The translations under genes were made by a program, and so were the position numbers. Shown here in pieces: positions 1-15,797 of a stretch of DNA of 64,000 bases. The DNA is from the human T2T-CHM13v2.0 reference genome, Homo sapiens. Where the stretch lies: NCBI RefSeq assembly GCF_009914755.1, contig NC_060927.1, one strand, 5' to 3'. The notes under the pieces were generated by a model, which saw only the letters and a list, made by a program, of their open reading frames with translations, was not told the origin of the DNA and made no database searches. Positions within the stretch are counted from its first letter, which is position 1. The number at the start of each line of letters is the position of its first letter.

Positions 1-756
1 AGAGGGCCAGGTAGGGGCTGAAAGTGAAGAAGCAAGGGAGGTGGGTCTCTGGAGGAAGAATGTTCAGAACAGAGGAATTGACAGGTGCAAAGGCCTTGAG
101 TAGGGGTGATGCTTGCTTTGCTTAAGGAATAGCAAGGAGACCTGTGTGGCTGGAGAAAAGTGAGCAAGGTGGGATGGGAGGCAAGGCATGTCTCCCAGTT
201 CTTATTCCCCTCCAGGTTGGAAACTGCAGGTAAACTACAGTATCTTTTACTCCTTCCACCTTTCTTTCATCCAGCTACATTTGCTTATCTTTTCTAAACA
301 ATGATTCTCTAAAATCATCCCTTCCCTACTTCCCCTTCCTCTCTCAACTTAAATCAGCCTCCAGTCACTTTATATCCAGATTATTCATGAGCCTCCTAAC
401 TGGCTTTCCAGCCTCTTGCATCTTCAACTGCTCCAATTACTTTACTAAGCTTCCAGATTAATCTTCCTAGAGCATTGCTTTTATCACATCTTTTCTTTCC
501 CTGCATAAAAATGGCTTAGCATTAGCTGTAGGATAAAGCAGAAGCTCTTTAGCCCACCCCCGCCTCAATCTGGACCAAATCTCATCACCCTATGATCCAT
601 TCCCACCTTTCCAACTCCAGTGGCCTCCCCGCATTGTGCCATACTCTGTGTAATCACTCTCAACCTTGAAGCCCAGACTAAGACACATGTTAGCCTACAC
701 TGTGTGACCCAGCCAGAAACAGACTATCCCCTTTCTTTAACAGTTGGAGCACTAAG

Positions 757-757
<1 letters not shown>

Positions 758-803
<46 letters not shown>
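758..803. repeat. (CA)23 microsatellite
   Basis: Read directly. Confidence 0.97.
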
Positions 804-808
<5 letters not shown>

Positions 809-2939
809 TACTGTTTAATATACAGCAGATATATTGCTTCCTTCTTTAGTCCTGGCTCACCAATTGGACCAAATTCATTGCAACCGGGAGCCATGTCTTA
901 AACATCCTGTACATCATTTGAGTCCATATATGTATATGCCATAATCTATATAATATGTGGATGATAAATATTAACAAACAAAGACTTCTGGGTTGTCAGG
1001 CATTGAACTGGGTAAGAAAAAATGAAATAAAATGACCATATTGTGTCCTTAAAGCCCTTTCTTTTTTGCAGGGAAAAGGCACTGTTTAGTGCAAGATCAT
1101 TTTCCTCTTAATGGGAGCAATAGTAAGGTCAGAAACATGGTCATAAAAATCTTATTTAGCTCATCCCCTATGCTCAGTAGCTAGTTAGCCAGCTATCTAA
1201 CATATTTATTTCAATCACTGAGCATATGTAACTATAAACTCTCTAGGGAATATTATCAACATGGTAGAACCAAATGTGGAAATGTGGGCACCTACATGGG
1301 CCTCTAATACGTAAGGCTAAAAGATCTGAAAAGCCTTATAAAAGTGAGAACAAGATATATTTCTTCAATCCTCCAAACCACTGTTAAAAGCTAGGCAATA
1401 GCAATATTTTGTCCACACACAGAAGGTTCACATGGGTACAATAAAAACAGAGCAAGGTTCATAAATCCTGCTTTGTTATGGAGAAAATATAAAAATTGCA
1501 TTCTTAAATAGAAAGGTTTTCAACAAGAGGCTAATGTAAAATTTCTTTTCAGCTTTGGATGCCTGATGGCCTTGCACAGATTTGCCCAACAGAGTTGAAC
1601 TGTCTGGACAGTGTTTTATGTGGGTGCTTTCAAGTTAGCACCTGCCAGCTTCTTTAAAGTCCTGTCTTTCACAATAATAACCACAATACAGTTAAAAATA
1701 ATGGATGCAGGAATTCTGTATTCCATTCATATTCACTTGCTTTCAGCAGGATGAAGCACTTGAAGGGAAGGCGGTGCATCTCTCCTCTCGCTTTCCACCC
1801 ACCTTTATCCTGGAAATTCAGACTGCCCTGTTGCTATTCACATGAAGCCTCAGTACAAGCCTTGCTCATAGCAAAAGAAGGCACAGGCCTTACTTGACAT
1901 TATACGCAGAAACCCTGATATCCTACAGGACCTCCTAATGGCTGAAGCCTAGAATACCATTATGAGTGCAATCTCTGCAGCTTCCTTCCTTCTCTGTGAA
2001 ATTGCAAGAATTTGGGGAAAGGATAATACTTTAAGCTGTAAATTATATCTTAATGCAAAGGTTAAAATCCTAGTGTTTACAGGGCTAGATAGGAGGAGGG
2101 GACTAAACAGCCTAACTCACCTCCAGCCAAAAGGATTCATGTAACATGAGCCCAATGCCTTCTGACTTTAAGAGAAGCCAGAAATCCAGATATTTGTGTG
2201 AAATCACCCAATTTTTTTTTAAATGATGACAACTGACTGATTTTCTATGATGCTGTACAGATCAAACCAAACCCACCTTCAGGCTAGCAGCAAAACATGT
2301 TTGCAACCTTCCTCAGCACAGCCAAGGCATGAAAGAAGAGGAGAAAAGCTAGCACCCACTTGGTGGCAAAGGAAGGAAGGTGGGGGTGGGAGGCTCTAGG
2401 AAGAAGCCAAAGGTCCAATAGTGAGTTAAGCAGCTTTGCCAAAGATGAGCTCTGCAGCAGCTTGCCTTTACCCCAGCATGGAGAGTGGAGGAAGGGACCA
2501 ACCACACAGCGATCCTCTGGAAAGACCTCCAAGCAACAACTTTGTCCCTATCCCATCTACTTCTATTCTACCCTCCCATCAGGCCCCCGTTATGACTTTC
2601 ATGGGTCCTAGGCACTTTTGCCTTCACGGGTGACTTCCTCCCTAAATATATAAAATATTTTATGGCTATGCTGGTATAAAGACAAATACTATTCAGGCTA
2701 GATCATATTCATTTTTTCCTTATGATTTTAAAAGATATTTTCTTAGGTCCCTGAAAATATCATGGGCCTTAGATCCTGGCCTATTGAGCCTAAAGGCTAA
2801 AGCTGGCCCTACCTCCAGCTGGGTGGTGCTTGGCTTCAACACTGGATGAAAGCTCTCATTACTTAGCAGCTGATGTTTTTCACTGTAAATATGGCAAATC
2901 ACTCGCCATGTTGGGAGGTAACCGTAATATTGTGGACAT

Positions 2940-3170
2940 AGCATGGGCTGAAGTCAGACTGCAAAAGTTCAAATCCCAGTTCTGCCATTTATAATTTAAG
3001 TGACTTTAGGCAAATCATTTAACTTCTCTGTGGCTTGATTTCCACAACCATGAAACAAGAATGATAATAGTACCTACTTGAGAATTGCTATGATGATTAA
3101 ATGAGTTAATACATGTAAAATGCTTACAATGGTACCTAGAAATAGTAGAAAATAGATGTTAGCTATTTCT
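2940..3170 (+). mobile_element. MIR SINE
   Basis: gttcaaatcccagttctgcca...gtgactttaggcaaatcatttaacttctctg...aatagtacctac. Confidence 0.75.
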
Positions 3171-3477
3171 GTGTTCTGTAGTTTCCCCACGACTGATTGA
3201 CTTTATGGTTTTGGATATTGATAAAATTATTGAGTTAACACATAAGTACTCTTGAAGAGCTGACCCTTCTGAGGTCTTGAAGGCAATAACTTCATTGTGA
3301 TTTCCCAAAGATAACCTAGTTGCACAAAATTCAACAGACGGATGAAAGTCCATGCAGGCTTGCCTCAGCTAGCTTTTAGTTGTATCTTACATTCTTCCTG
3401 TTAGCTTCCTGAGTGCCCCCATTTGTCTATAAAAGAAATTCAAAGTGAAGACTTGAGCATAAAACCTTGTCCAGGGG

Positions 3478-3816
3478 GCGGGGGGCGGTGGCTCACGCCT
3501 GTAATCCCAGCACTTTGGCAGGCTGAGGCAGGCGGATCACTTGAGGTCAGGAGTTGGGAGGCTGAGGTGGGTGGATCACTTGAGGTCAGGAATTCAAGAC
3601 CAGCCCAGCCAACATGGCAAAGCCCATCTCTACTAAAAATACAAAAATAAGCCCAGCGTGGTGGCATGCACCTATAGTCCCATCTACTCAGGAGGCGAAG
3701 GTGGGAAAATCGCTTGAATCCAGGAGGCGGAGGTTGCAGTGAGCTGAGGTTGCATTGCACCATTGCACTCCAGCCTGGGTGACAGAGTGAGACTCTACCT
3801 CAAACAAACAAACAAA
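3478..3816 (+). mobile_element. AluS with an internal 39-bp duplication
   Basis: Alu consensus motifs, (CAAA)n tail, degenerate TSD aaaac(c)ttg(t)tccaggg. Confidence 0.92.
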
Positions 3817-4296
3817 ACTTGTTCCAGGGATTCTAAAGAAATGTGCTCTTTCAATAAATATGCTTTGCATTCATCAATAAAGTGCCTAGCAGCTTTCAAA
3901 GCTCAAACATTATATAATGAGATAACACACTCAAAGCATCCAAAGACAAGAGAGAATGTTAGAAAACTTCATGACACTGGGAGGCCCCAGAGTGTCAATC
4001 TTCCCTATTGTACTAGAATAATTATCACTAATGATCTGTTATGATCCACAGAATTGCAAGGCGGAAGAGCCTCTCCATTCATTCTTATTGGCTGAAGACA
4101 CTAAGGCCGAGAAAATTCAGTTGTTTCCTCAAGGTCACGTAGATTAGTCTCCTGTTTTCCTCTGTGGCTACCCCAGCCATTTCTGTTATCATTTTTTTTT
4201 AATATTGTTTATACTGAGTTCTTTAAATCAAATCTATATCTTTCATGCTAGAATTGTTACAGCTAAAGATGGTTAGAGACTTTTGTGCAGATTTTA

Positions 4297-4686
<390 letters not shown>

Positions 4687-4702
4687 TTAAGCTTTTCTGT
4701 CC

Positions 4703-5007
4703 TTTTTTCTTTTTTTAAGACAGGGTCTTACATTCCCACCCAGGCTGGAATGCAGTGGTGCAAACACAGTTCACTGCAGCCTCAACCTCCTGGGATCAAC
4801 CAATCCTCAAATAGCTGAGACTAGAGGAGTGTGGAGTGTGTCACCACACCACCATGCCACCACCCCTCGGCTAATTTTTTTTTTTTTTAAGATATGGGGG
4901 TCTCGCTATGTTGCCCAGGCTGGTCTTCAACTCCTAAGCTCAAGCAATCTGCCCACCTTGGCCTCCCAAAGTGCTAGGGTTGCAGGCTTGAGCCACTGCA
5001 CCCAGCC
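4703..5007 (-). mobile_element. AluJ
   Basis: Diverged antisense Alu motifs. Confidence 0.9.
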
Positions 5008-7501
5008 TAAGCATTTATTTTGTACCCTCTGTGATCTCATTGTTGAATTCCTCATCGTTTTATAAAGTAGAAGGAGGAAATGGAGACTCTCTTCTATTAT
5101 CATGTTCTTGCTGTACATATAATCCAAATGGTTCATAACCACATATGGTTGATGTGTTGAGAAGGCATGACATATTCATATTTCTAAATGTTTAAAAGAT
5201 TATTTTAAAATGAGTGTTGTTTGATTTCAAAAGACTTGATGAAAATGTATCTAAAGACACATGATTTGGTGATTCCTGAAGACAAGAATAAGGGAGGCCA
5301 TATGGAATCTCTGGCTAAGCTGAGCCTACTTTCCTTGCTGTTTCTACACAGTGTACTTTTAACTGCTCCAAACTGCAAAGAAACAAAAAACAAAACACTT
5401 ATTCTCATCTAATCAAGAGGAAATGGCATAATTTTAAATCTCTTACATCAGCTAAGAACAAATGCATTTTTCAAGAGACATATTTCCTATTTACAGTTCC
5501 CATTCCAAAAAAAAATCAGCAAATATCCCTCGTGCATTTGCAAAATATTGTAAAATTAGTAATTCCTCCCAATAGCATTGACAGCCCGTTAATAGCAAAG
5601 GTGCTAAAGAAAGAGGCATATTACAGAATTTTATGTAACTCAAGTTCTAGTCTGTTATTGAGTCCAGTGAGCCATGCTGCATTCCTAATGTTCACATAGA
5701 TGTCTGAATCTTTCTTTGGGCCAAAATAAACCTATTGGTTGCATCTGAAATAGCTGTTTTGTTAAAATTTGGAGTCATTTATAAACCAAATGGTTATTTC
5801 CTTATAGCAAAAGAACAAAACCCATTCCTAACCTATGCTCATATATGATATTCAGTTCTATGGGCCCAAATGCAATTCCTGAACATAAGCCATGTCAGCA
5901 CTGAGTGGTTAATACAGGCTAATATATTGGCTTTTTTTAACTGGACTATTAAGTCCATTAACATTTAATGAAACAATTTTAACTGTATCCACAAAACACT
6001 CACAATGCCTTTCCATCAACTCCCTAAAGGCAAAACAACATAAATTTAAGAGAAAAATAACTACGAAGATTTAGTAAGTGCAAATGATTTCTGTAGAACA
6101 GGTTAAGTCTCAAATTTCTGTCTCAATACAGTCCACATTTGATTTTTACTACAAAGATAAGCCCAAACCCTACCAAATAATCTCAGCATGAAGACATTGG
6201 CATTCCTCTAGCTACAATGTAATATATATAGAATTAACACATAATTTCACAAAGAGTCTTAGAAATCCATTGCAAAATTATGCGGTAAAACATTTTCTTT
6301 TAAAATATCATGTTAATCCTTTTCCCTTTATAGAAGTCTCAAAGTAAAATTATATTCATTTTGCCTTGAATGATTAAGATCTAGAAACCAAAGTCCTTTA
6401 CAGAGATTCGACTGTCATATTGCCACAGAGAGACATATACGGAACACAAATAAATCAAATTGTTCATTCATTTGTGCTTTATTGATTGTTACCTTCAACA
6501 CATACATATACTAGTTTAAGCTTATGTTTGTTCTGAACCTTAAATCTGAATCTTTTTATAAATACATTTTTTCCAAGGCCTATTTTGAAACTTCTGAAGT
6601 AGAGAGAAGTAACATTGGCCCCCTTATTAAGATTTTAGAAAAGAAACTAACATATTCTTATTCATGTTTCTTAGTAGATGCCACTATCTGGACAATTCTA
6701 TAGATCTAACAACTCTACATTCACTCCACCCAAATTTGATCCCTTTGAAAATAGCTCCTCTCTCCTCAATAAAAAAAAATAAAAAAAGCTACTAACAGCC
6801 CCCCTCAATTAAAAAAAAAGCAACAAAAACATGGACTTATAGCAATATTTTGGTAAACTTATTTAATAACCTAATGATTAAAAAAAGAAGTCATATATTT
6901 TTTAACACCTGTCTTGAAAGACCTCAAATGGCAGCTTCAGGGATTTGAATACCTTTGAGAAACCTGAACATCTAAAGGAGTTAGTGGGACTGATTAGGTC
7001 AAAGCTCAGAACATTTGACGTGGCAGTTGTAGAAGTTGTAAATGTACCACAGTAGGAAACAGCTTTCCATGGACTTCAAAGCAAATGACAGTTAATTATC
7101 TAGCTTTCAGGAGCAGCATGGACTTACTGTGACAGCTGTTAGGCGAGGACACATGGGTATCTCCACAACTGAACATCAGCCTTCAGATTGTGTCATTGTT
7201 CAGCTTGGATCTCATTGGAACGAAATGCTTAAGGTCTCAGCTTGGTTCAATTCAAATTAGTCTAAGAGTTTTCCCAGATGGTTTCTCAGCACAAGCCTAT
7301 TTCTCACCCCAGAGCCTGCGCTTCACCATCACTCAGAGCCCCAGTCGACATGCTGTTTGCATATGCTCAAGCTCCGTTTTTAATGCCGTGTATGGGATAT
7401 CCATTTGAACTTTCTCCTCCCTATCATTACTGAATTCAACCTGGTGGTCTTATAACTTGGTGAGAAAAGAAATGCTTCTTCTTTGGGGGGATTTTTAATC
7501 A

Positions 7502-7504
<3 letters not shown>

Positions 7505-7534
<30 letters not shown>
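7505..7534. repeat. (TC)n microsatellite
   Basis: Read directly. Confidence 0.95.
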
Positions 7535-7536
<2 letters not shown>

Positions 7537-10500
7537 TCCTTTGTCCCCTCCCCCTTATTTTTTAACTGACAGAGAAGATTGACTGTCTCTGCCTTGTGCT
7601 TAACAGGTGGGATGTCTTGGGGTGTTCTCCATGGCTGACCAAATACAGTAGGCCCAACAATTATTTGACTTGCATGAATCCAAGCAGGGCCTGGCATGCT
7701 CACATTTTCCCAAAGCATCCGCTTCTATCTATAACCTCATCATGGCTCCAGATCAGCCATGTGAAAATTCCCAAAGTAACTGAGTTTATTCCTGGCCGCC
7801 CTGATACCACCTCCAAATCAAGGGTTGTGATAAGAATTGTGTAATTTTTTGTATCTGGCACCTTTGTAAGATCATGAACTCATCTTTCTGGAACAACATC
7901 AGGTAGTCCATAAACATAAGATGTGTGCCCTAAAAGAAAGAAGACAGAAAAAAAAAGTAGAGTATATATTCCTCATATTCCTTTGATTACAGCTGCTGAA
8001 GATAGGAAAGAATAAAATTTGAAGGGGGAAAATGAGAGATAGAGTTACAGAGGTCAGAAAGCTAATTAGGAAAGAGTTAAGAGAAGGAAAATTGTTCCAA
8101 AAAAATAAAATTGACACGACAGACTGTTCGGTATGACCTAAACTAACTTTATTCCTTTTAGAAAATTTCCGACTTTAGATATTCTAAGTTGGTGAAGACT
8201 TGTTCTTAAAATTGAAAAGAAAAAAAAAACACTTGAACAAAAATCCCCAGCAATTGTTGACCTCTTACTGCCCTGTGTTTCTAAGCCATTCACTTCAATC
8301 AGCCACATACTGTTTCTTGACATGTCCAGAGTCCCTAATGAGGTCTTGCTGATTCTGAGCAGTTGGTAACTATGTGCAATATATGCAGAACCATCTTCTG
8401 GGGGCTTCAGGAATCCAAGCCTCTCCCTGTCCCTCTACCTCCAGGAAACAAATATTAAATGCTTCATCATTCTACTGTGCAAATTGTTTTCAAGCTGCCT
8501 GTAAAATGTGTGATGCCAGCAATTTGGTTAAAAAGTTATACATATTTATTAATTATGTTTAAACATGTTTCCTTACATTTTTCAGTTCATCTTACATGAA
8601 GTGCTGAGCAGAAACTGACTTTGTTTCTTGCAGCCAAATTACACAAGAGGTATAAATCTTTAATATCCTTGGCTTCCTTTACTTTCTTCTAGAAAGGTCT
8701 AAATGCCTCTGAAAAACATGCTGGACAAATTCCCAAGATGCCAGGCTGCTTGCCAAAATACTCAATGGTGATAGGCCACAGCTGCCTCCTTTCTTCCTAG
8801 GGAAAAAGGTGCAGGATACTGGATACTCAACAAATTTGTGACTACCAAACATTCAGGCTCTGCCTTCTAAGAAGATGGTAAGTAAACCATGTTAAAGCAG
8901 GTTGCTTCATATGAAGAGTTTGCATAGTTGAACAGGCCTAGGTTTTCTGGTCTTAATTAATGAAACACTATTCAATAAATCATAAAAGCTAAAATGAAAA
9001 CTTATTTCAAAAGTCATGTTGCCCAGACATCTGACCCGTAAATGCTCCCTACTATACCCCTAGTAAGTAATCATATGTTTGAATACCTCTGGGGCAAATA
9101 ATTTATTCTGTGTTAAAAATAGTCTAGTTATACACACAATTGTAATTCATATTAGACAAATAGATATCTCTATAATATGTAAAGAGCTACTACACCTCAT
9201 GAACAAAAATTCTGAGTCCAATAGAAAAATGAGCAAAGGATATGAAAAGAAAAAGAAATATAAATGACTCAAATATAAAAAGAGGTAGAAGATACACTAA
9301 ACCTCACTGATAGAAGAAATGTAAATCAAAATTTCACTGAGATAACACTTTTCAGGTATTTCATATGTTACTCTCATGAGTGTAAATTTGTATAAGTCCT
9401 AAGGGGAGTAATTTAGTAATCAAAGTAACAAGTGCACATACGCTTTTACTTACCATTTCAACTTTTAGAAATTTGCACACATGCAAAATGATCTATGTAT
9501 GTGGAAGTTATTGTTTTTATTTAAAAATCTATTCATGGCCTAAGATGATCTGCTATTCATTCACAGTATATTGAGGGAGAAGGGGACATAAGTCTCCATG
9601 TGTATTACTGAAGAATTACTTTCCTTTAGTATGCCAGTGACATCGGCTTCTGCTTGTATCCAGCACATGTACTTTCAGGGCCTCATTTAAGAGGGATTAG
9701 AAAAGATGATCCCAAGGTTCATTACAATCCAGATTTAGTGATTCTGTTGACTGCAGGGGTTTTGCCTGAAGAGCCAAAAACATGGATAGAGAAAATGTTA
9801 TTGTTGCCAAACCTCTAGGTCACAACAATAGGAAAAGCACTCTCCTGTGGATTGACTCATTTGACCCTCAGAATAACCCAGCCCTGAAACTTCAAGGTGA
9901 AGGTGAGGGTGAGGCTGAGGTTGAGGGATGGCTATTGTATACAATGTTTGGAAACAAACAAACAAAAAAGTGTTTTGTTTTTCTTTTCCTTGGGGTGAAA
10001 AGGACTTTCTTTAGTGCATCCAGGATTACTGCCCCATATTAAAGATGATAAGACTGAGACTAAGAGAAGTTAGAACATTTCTCAAGGTCATTTCACTAGA
10101 GAGTGGTGTGTCCAAGTCTTCTTAAACTCAGCTGCTTCATGGAAATTTGAGTGTCATGCAGAAAAATCCAGAGTTTGGAACCTCAGAGATACTCATTGCC
10201 AGTGTAAGCAGTCAGTATGTCAATAAGCTCCCACCCTCTGCTTCTCTGTTTGATATACAGGAAATGGCAAAACGAATGGGACATTGGATATTGCCCCATA
10301 TAGAAGATAGACGCGTGCATAGAGGAAGCCTGAGAGAGGCTCCAGCCCATGGGCAGGCAGAGAAAGAGTGAGGGTGGAAGGACAAACAGCAAAGGCTCCA
10401 AGGTCCTGAAAAGTCATTCTCAAAGGAAATGTGTTGCTTCACTCCCAGTAATTCTCAAGCAGCTCCCGGAATAGATTCTACTACTTACTCTTGGTACCAG

Positions 10501-11128
10501 GAAAGGGTCATCTGAATAAAGGCTTAATGATTTATTGGAATATCCTAAACTCCTGAAATATCTTCATCTACCTGAAATTCCTTTTACAAAGAATAAAAAA
10601 ATTTCCCCTACAATTAAAGAGAAAAATAAGTTCTGGTTGAAAGAGAAGAGATATTAATTTTGAGAGCTAATTAGTATCAGGCACAGTAAAGAATAGGTAT
10701 TACATGTATAGTTTCATTTAATCTTTCCAACAGTCCTGTGCAGGAGATATTATTAGCTTCATTTTGCACACAAATATGTTGAAACTGAGAGGTTAAGAAA
10801 CTTTACTTTCCATGTGAATATGTCTTTTATGAGCCAGTAAATAGACTCCATGTCCAGAGTTATTTCCATAATATATAAGTACACATAGTTTTGCTTGAAA
10901 TGATTACTGAAGATTTTTGAGAACAAACTTCTTAATAAAGCAACATGTTTTTAGAAAACACATTGATTGAGGCCTCACTATTTTGTGCACAGAGCTATTA
11001 TAGTAACACCGAATTCTTGGAACCATGAATAGCTAGTGCTGTTGTGGCCATTCATAAATTGAAGAGGTGTTAATGTAGAAGTGGAAATTTACTCAGTGCT
11101 TGTTCTTAACTTTTAAAGGGGTATTTAA

Positions 11129-11132
<4 letters not shown>

Positions 11133-11214
<82 letters not shown>

Positions 11215-11233
11215 CAGAGAGAGAGAGAGAGAG
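11133..11233. repeat. Compound (TA)18(GA)n microsatellite
   Basis: Read directly; the GA tract is interrupted by GGGAC. Confidence 0.97.
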
Positions 11234-11257
11234 CATTTTTTTAAAAATAAGGTGATA

Positions 11258-11588
<331 letters not shown>

Positions 11589-13953
11589 TCAATATGGTCT
11601 TTGAGTTGTAAAATATTTCCTCACTTCTGCTTTGTGTTACTTGATACATGCTTCTGATTGCTTTCACTTTTGGTTCTGATGAACTGGCAAGTTCTTTACT
11701 TTTGGAGTTTCTTGTGATAGTAAGATATATGCTCAGTTCCAAAAATATTTCATGTTTCTTTCTGTCAAATTATCGAGATAATTTTGTATTTGGGTTTAAA
11801 CAGATTTAAAAAGTTACTGAAGTATTCACCATGTTAATCTCCATCGGCAAGTATTTAGGAATCACGGTCTGTTAATATCTATATTCTAGAAACAGATTTG
11901 CAATCAAAAGTTTCAGAGCTTGTGAACAGACTAACTCTATATAGCATAGGCTAACCTTGAGCCAAAGATTTTTTCCTGCCAGTTTGCATCAGGAAAACCC
12001 CTTCTGCAGCTCAGGATCTTCCTTGAATACTACAGAGCTGAAAGCTGTCACCAGAATTTGATACTACACCATTCTATTGCCAAACGGGGCGCTGCAGCCA
12101 AAACAGCTTGGCCACTGTTAAGCACTACCTAGCTTTCGGCCTGGCCAAAAGCTTAGGAGCAGTGACAGTATCTAACCTTATTGGGCCTATCAAAAAATCA
12201 GCATGTGAACTCTTTGGCAAGTTCTGTTGGTGTCAGCCGAGGGCAGCACTTTCTGGAAGCAAGTGAGTTCTACCACAGGGAGTGAGACAGAACTTCCCGG
12301 CCATGGGCCCTGAAATGGTACTCATTTAAACGTCTGGTATGTTAGCCTAGCATTGGATTCACCAAGAAACTGTGAGACCACTGTATGTGAAACTCACAGG
12401 GAATATCTATAAGAAAGGTACTTAACATCCTTGGGACATACGGAAGCACCCCCTTTTATCAAAGATAGCACTTCTGACAATCTATCTAACAGACCACCTG
12501 GACAAATTGATTTTGGAAAGAAACAGCATTTGTCTCGAAAAGGTGTTTGGCTGCTTTTTGAGGTCAGGAGAAAAATACTTCAGAGAGCCAGAGGCCTTGC
12601 TGCTAGTAGTTTCCAGAGACTCTGCTCAGCTGGTAAGGACAGCTGTATGTGCGCTGGCTGTTTCTGACACACCCGATACAGACAGCACGATGTGTTCCCT
12701 GCCTGCAGAATCTTCTGGATGGGAGGATTAAAAGTTAAATAATCAAGAGAATCAGAGAATTAATCAAGACTGATGAATGACGTTTAAGGTGAAGTTTTAA
12801 ATAAGGACAAAACTGGAAGACAGAGGTTAGCATACGAATCTATAGCCTTTTAGGATTTGATTTTTCTTCTTTGGAGGTTTTAGAACATTTTCCTTATACT
12901 TTTATTGGTTTCTAGAAGATGGAAAATTGGATCCAAACTTTCAGGGTTAAAATCGATAAACTATTGTGTGATTGTCTTAGTTTTAAAAAAATATGAAAAG
13001 AGTTATTTGGGGCAGTATTTCAGTAGAGAAATGGGCTTTATAACGGACTATAAGAAAGGGATGGGACAGGCCATTTTGATGTACTTTTGAATTATTTAAT
13101 TCTTGAATAGATAATATTTTAATCAATTAAGAATAAGTATAAAAAGGTCTATGGTGAAAAAATCTTCCTCCCACCCTTGTCCTACTCCTCACAAGTAATA
13201 ATTTCATGCATAAGAAAAATGTACACATAAAATCCCTTTACCCCTCTTTTTTCATGCAAATCACAACGTCCTATACATCTTGTTATGTGATACTTTGCTT
13301 TTTTACTGATAAACTTTATTTTTTGGAGCACTTTTAGGTTCACAGCAAAGCTAAATGCAAAGTATTATACTTTATAATACTTTATAGTTCCCATTATACC
13401 TTGTGTTCCCACTTAAACATAGCCTCTCCCACTATCAGCTTCCCTCACCAGACTGGTACATTTGTTTTAGTTGACGAACCTACACTGATTGGCACATCGT
13501 TATCACCCAAAGTCTATAGATCACGTCAGGTTTCACTCTTGATGTTGTACATTCTGTGAGTTTTGACATGTATCATGACATATATTCACCATTATAATAT
13601 CATGCAGAATAGTTTTATCATCCTAAAAATCTTTGTGTTCTGCCTATTCATTCCTCTTTCCCCCTAACCCTAGCAATTACTGATCTTTTTGCTGTCTCCA
13701 TAGTTTGCCCTTTCCAGAATGTCGTATAGTTGAAATCATCCAGTATGTACCCTTTTCAGATTGGCTTCTTTCATGTAGTAATATGAATTTAAGTTTCCTC
13801 CATGTCTTCTCGTGACTTGATAGCTCATTTCTTTTTAGTGCTGAATAATATTCTATAGTCCAGATGTACCACAGTTGATATATCCATTCACCCATTCAGT
13901 TGGAAGGACATCTCAGTTACTTCCAAGTTTTGGCAATTATGAAAAAAGGCTGG

Positions 13954-14295
13954 TGATACGGTTTGGCTGTGTCCCCACCCAAATCTCATCTTGAATTCTC
14001 ATGTGTTGTGGGAGGGACCTGGTGGGAGGTAATTGAGTCATGGGGACAGGTTTTTCCCATGCTGTTCTCATGATTGTGAATAAGTCTTACAAGATCTGAT
14101 GGTTTTAAAAACTGGAGCCTCCCTACAAAAACTCTCTTCTCGACTGCCACCATGTGAGATGTGCCTTTCACCTTTTGCCATCATTGTGAGGCCTGCCCAG
14201 CCATGTGGAAGTGTAAGTCCAATAAACCTCTTTCTTTTGTAAATTTCCCAGTCTCGGGTATGTCTTTATCAGCAGTGTGAAAATGGACTAATACA
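13954..14295 (+). mobile_element. THE1-family solo LTR (MaLR)
   Basis: TGATACGGTTTGGCTGTGTCCCCACCCAAATCTCATC...GGACTAATACA; 5-bp TSD GCTGG at 13949-13953 and 14296-14300. Confidence 0.93.
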
Positions 14296-15451
14296 GCTGG
14301 TATAAACACTTATGTGCAGGTTTTTGTACGGACATAAATTTTCAACTTCTTTGAGTAAATACCAAAGAGCATGACTGCTAGATCATATGTTAAGAGTAAG
14401 AAACTACCAAATTGTCTTCCAATGTGGCTATATCATTTTACATTTCCACCAGCAATAAAGGAGAGTCCCTATTTTTCCACATCCTCATCAGCATCTGGTG
14501 TTGTCAGTGCTCCAGATTTTAGCCATTCTAATAGGTATATAGTGGTATCTTGTTGTTGTTTTAATTTGCATTTCTCTGATGACATATGATGTAGAGCAAC
14601 TTTTCATATGTTTATTTGCTATCTGTATATCTTCTTTGGTGAGGCATCTGTTAAGATGTTTGGCCTATTTCTTCAATTAGGTTGCTTGTTTTCTCATTGT
14701 TGGGCTGTAAGAGTTCTTTGTACATTTTTCATACAGTCGTTTATTAGTTATGTCTCTCACAAATATTTCCCAGTCTGTGGTTTGTCTTTTCATTTTCTTG
14801 ACAGCGTTCTCTGAAGACCAGAAAGTTTTTATTTTAATGGGATCTAGCTTATCAATTCTTCCTTTCATGGATTGCGCCTTTGGTGTTGTATCCAAAAAGT
14901 TATCATCAAACCCAAGGTCATCTAGATTTTCTCCCATGTTATTTTTCTAGGAGTTCTATAGTTTTGCATTTTACATTTTTCATTTGTCTGTGATCCATTT
15001 TGAATTAATTTTTGGGAAGGGTGTAAGGTCTATGTCTGGATTCTTTTTCTTTTCATGTATGAATGTCCAGTTGTTCCAGCAGCATTTCCTGAAAACAGTA
15101 TCTTTTCTCTATTGCCTTTGCCCCTTTGTCAAAGATCAGTTGACTATATTTACGTGGGTATATTTTTGAGCGCTCTATTCTGTTTCATTGATCTATGTGT
15201 CTGTTTTTGTTTGTTTGTTTTTTGCCAATACCACACTGTCTTGATTTAATAGTAAGTCTTGAAGTCAGTCCTCCAACTTTATTCTCCTTCATATTGAGTT
15301 GGCTATTTTGGGTCTTTTGCCTGTCTCTATAAACTTTAGAATCAGTTTGTTGATAGAAAATAACTTAGTGAGATTTTTATTGGGGTTCCATTGAATTTAT
15401 ACATCAAGTTCAGAAAAACTGACATCTTGATAATATTGAGTCTTCTTATCC

Positions 15452-15797
15452 TCTATAGTTGAATGTTTGTGTTGCCACAGAATTCAAGAGTTCAAATCTT
15501 AACCCCCAAAGTGATTGTATTAGGAGATGGGACCTTTTGGGAGGATATTAGGCCATGAGGGATTAGTGCCCTTTATTATAAGATAGTTCCTAGAGAGCTC
15601 ATTCATCCCTTCCACCATGGAAGAAGACAGCAAGAAGGCAACATCTATGGACCAGGAGACAAGCCGTCACCAAACACTATCTCTGCTAATTCTTTAATCT
15701 TCAACTTCCCAGCCTCCAGAACTGTGAGAAATACATTTCTGTTGTTTTTAAGCTACTCAGCTTATCATATTTTGTTATAGCAGCACAGACTGAGATA
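15452..15797 (+). mobile_element. MLT1A/MST-like solo LTR
   Basis: tgaatgtttgtg...cttcccagcctccagaactgtgagaaatacatttctgttg...tttgttatagcagc. Confidence 0.8.

Noticed and set aside
5050-9000. Repeat-poor intergenic stretch, possible enhancer or lncRNA
   Set aside because: No recognisable ORF, splice pattern or motif cluster; cannot be supported from sequence alone.
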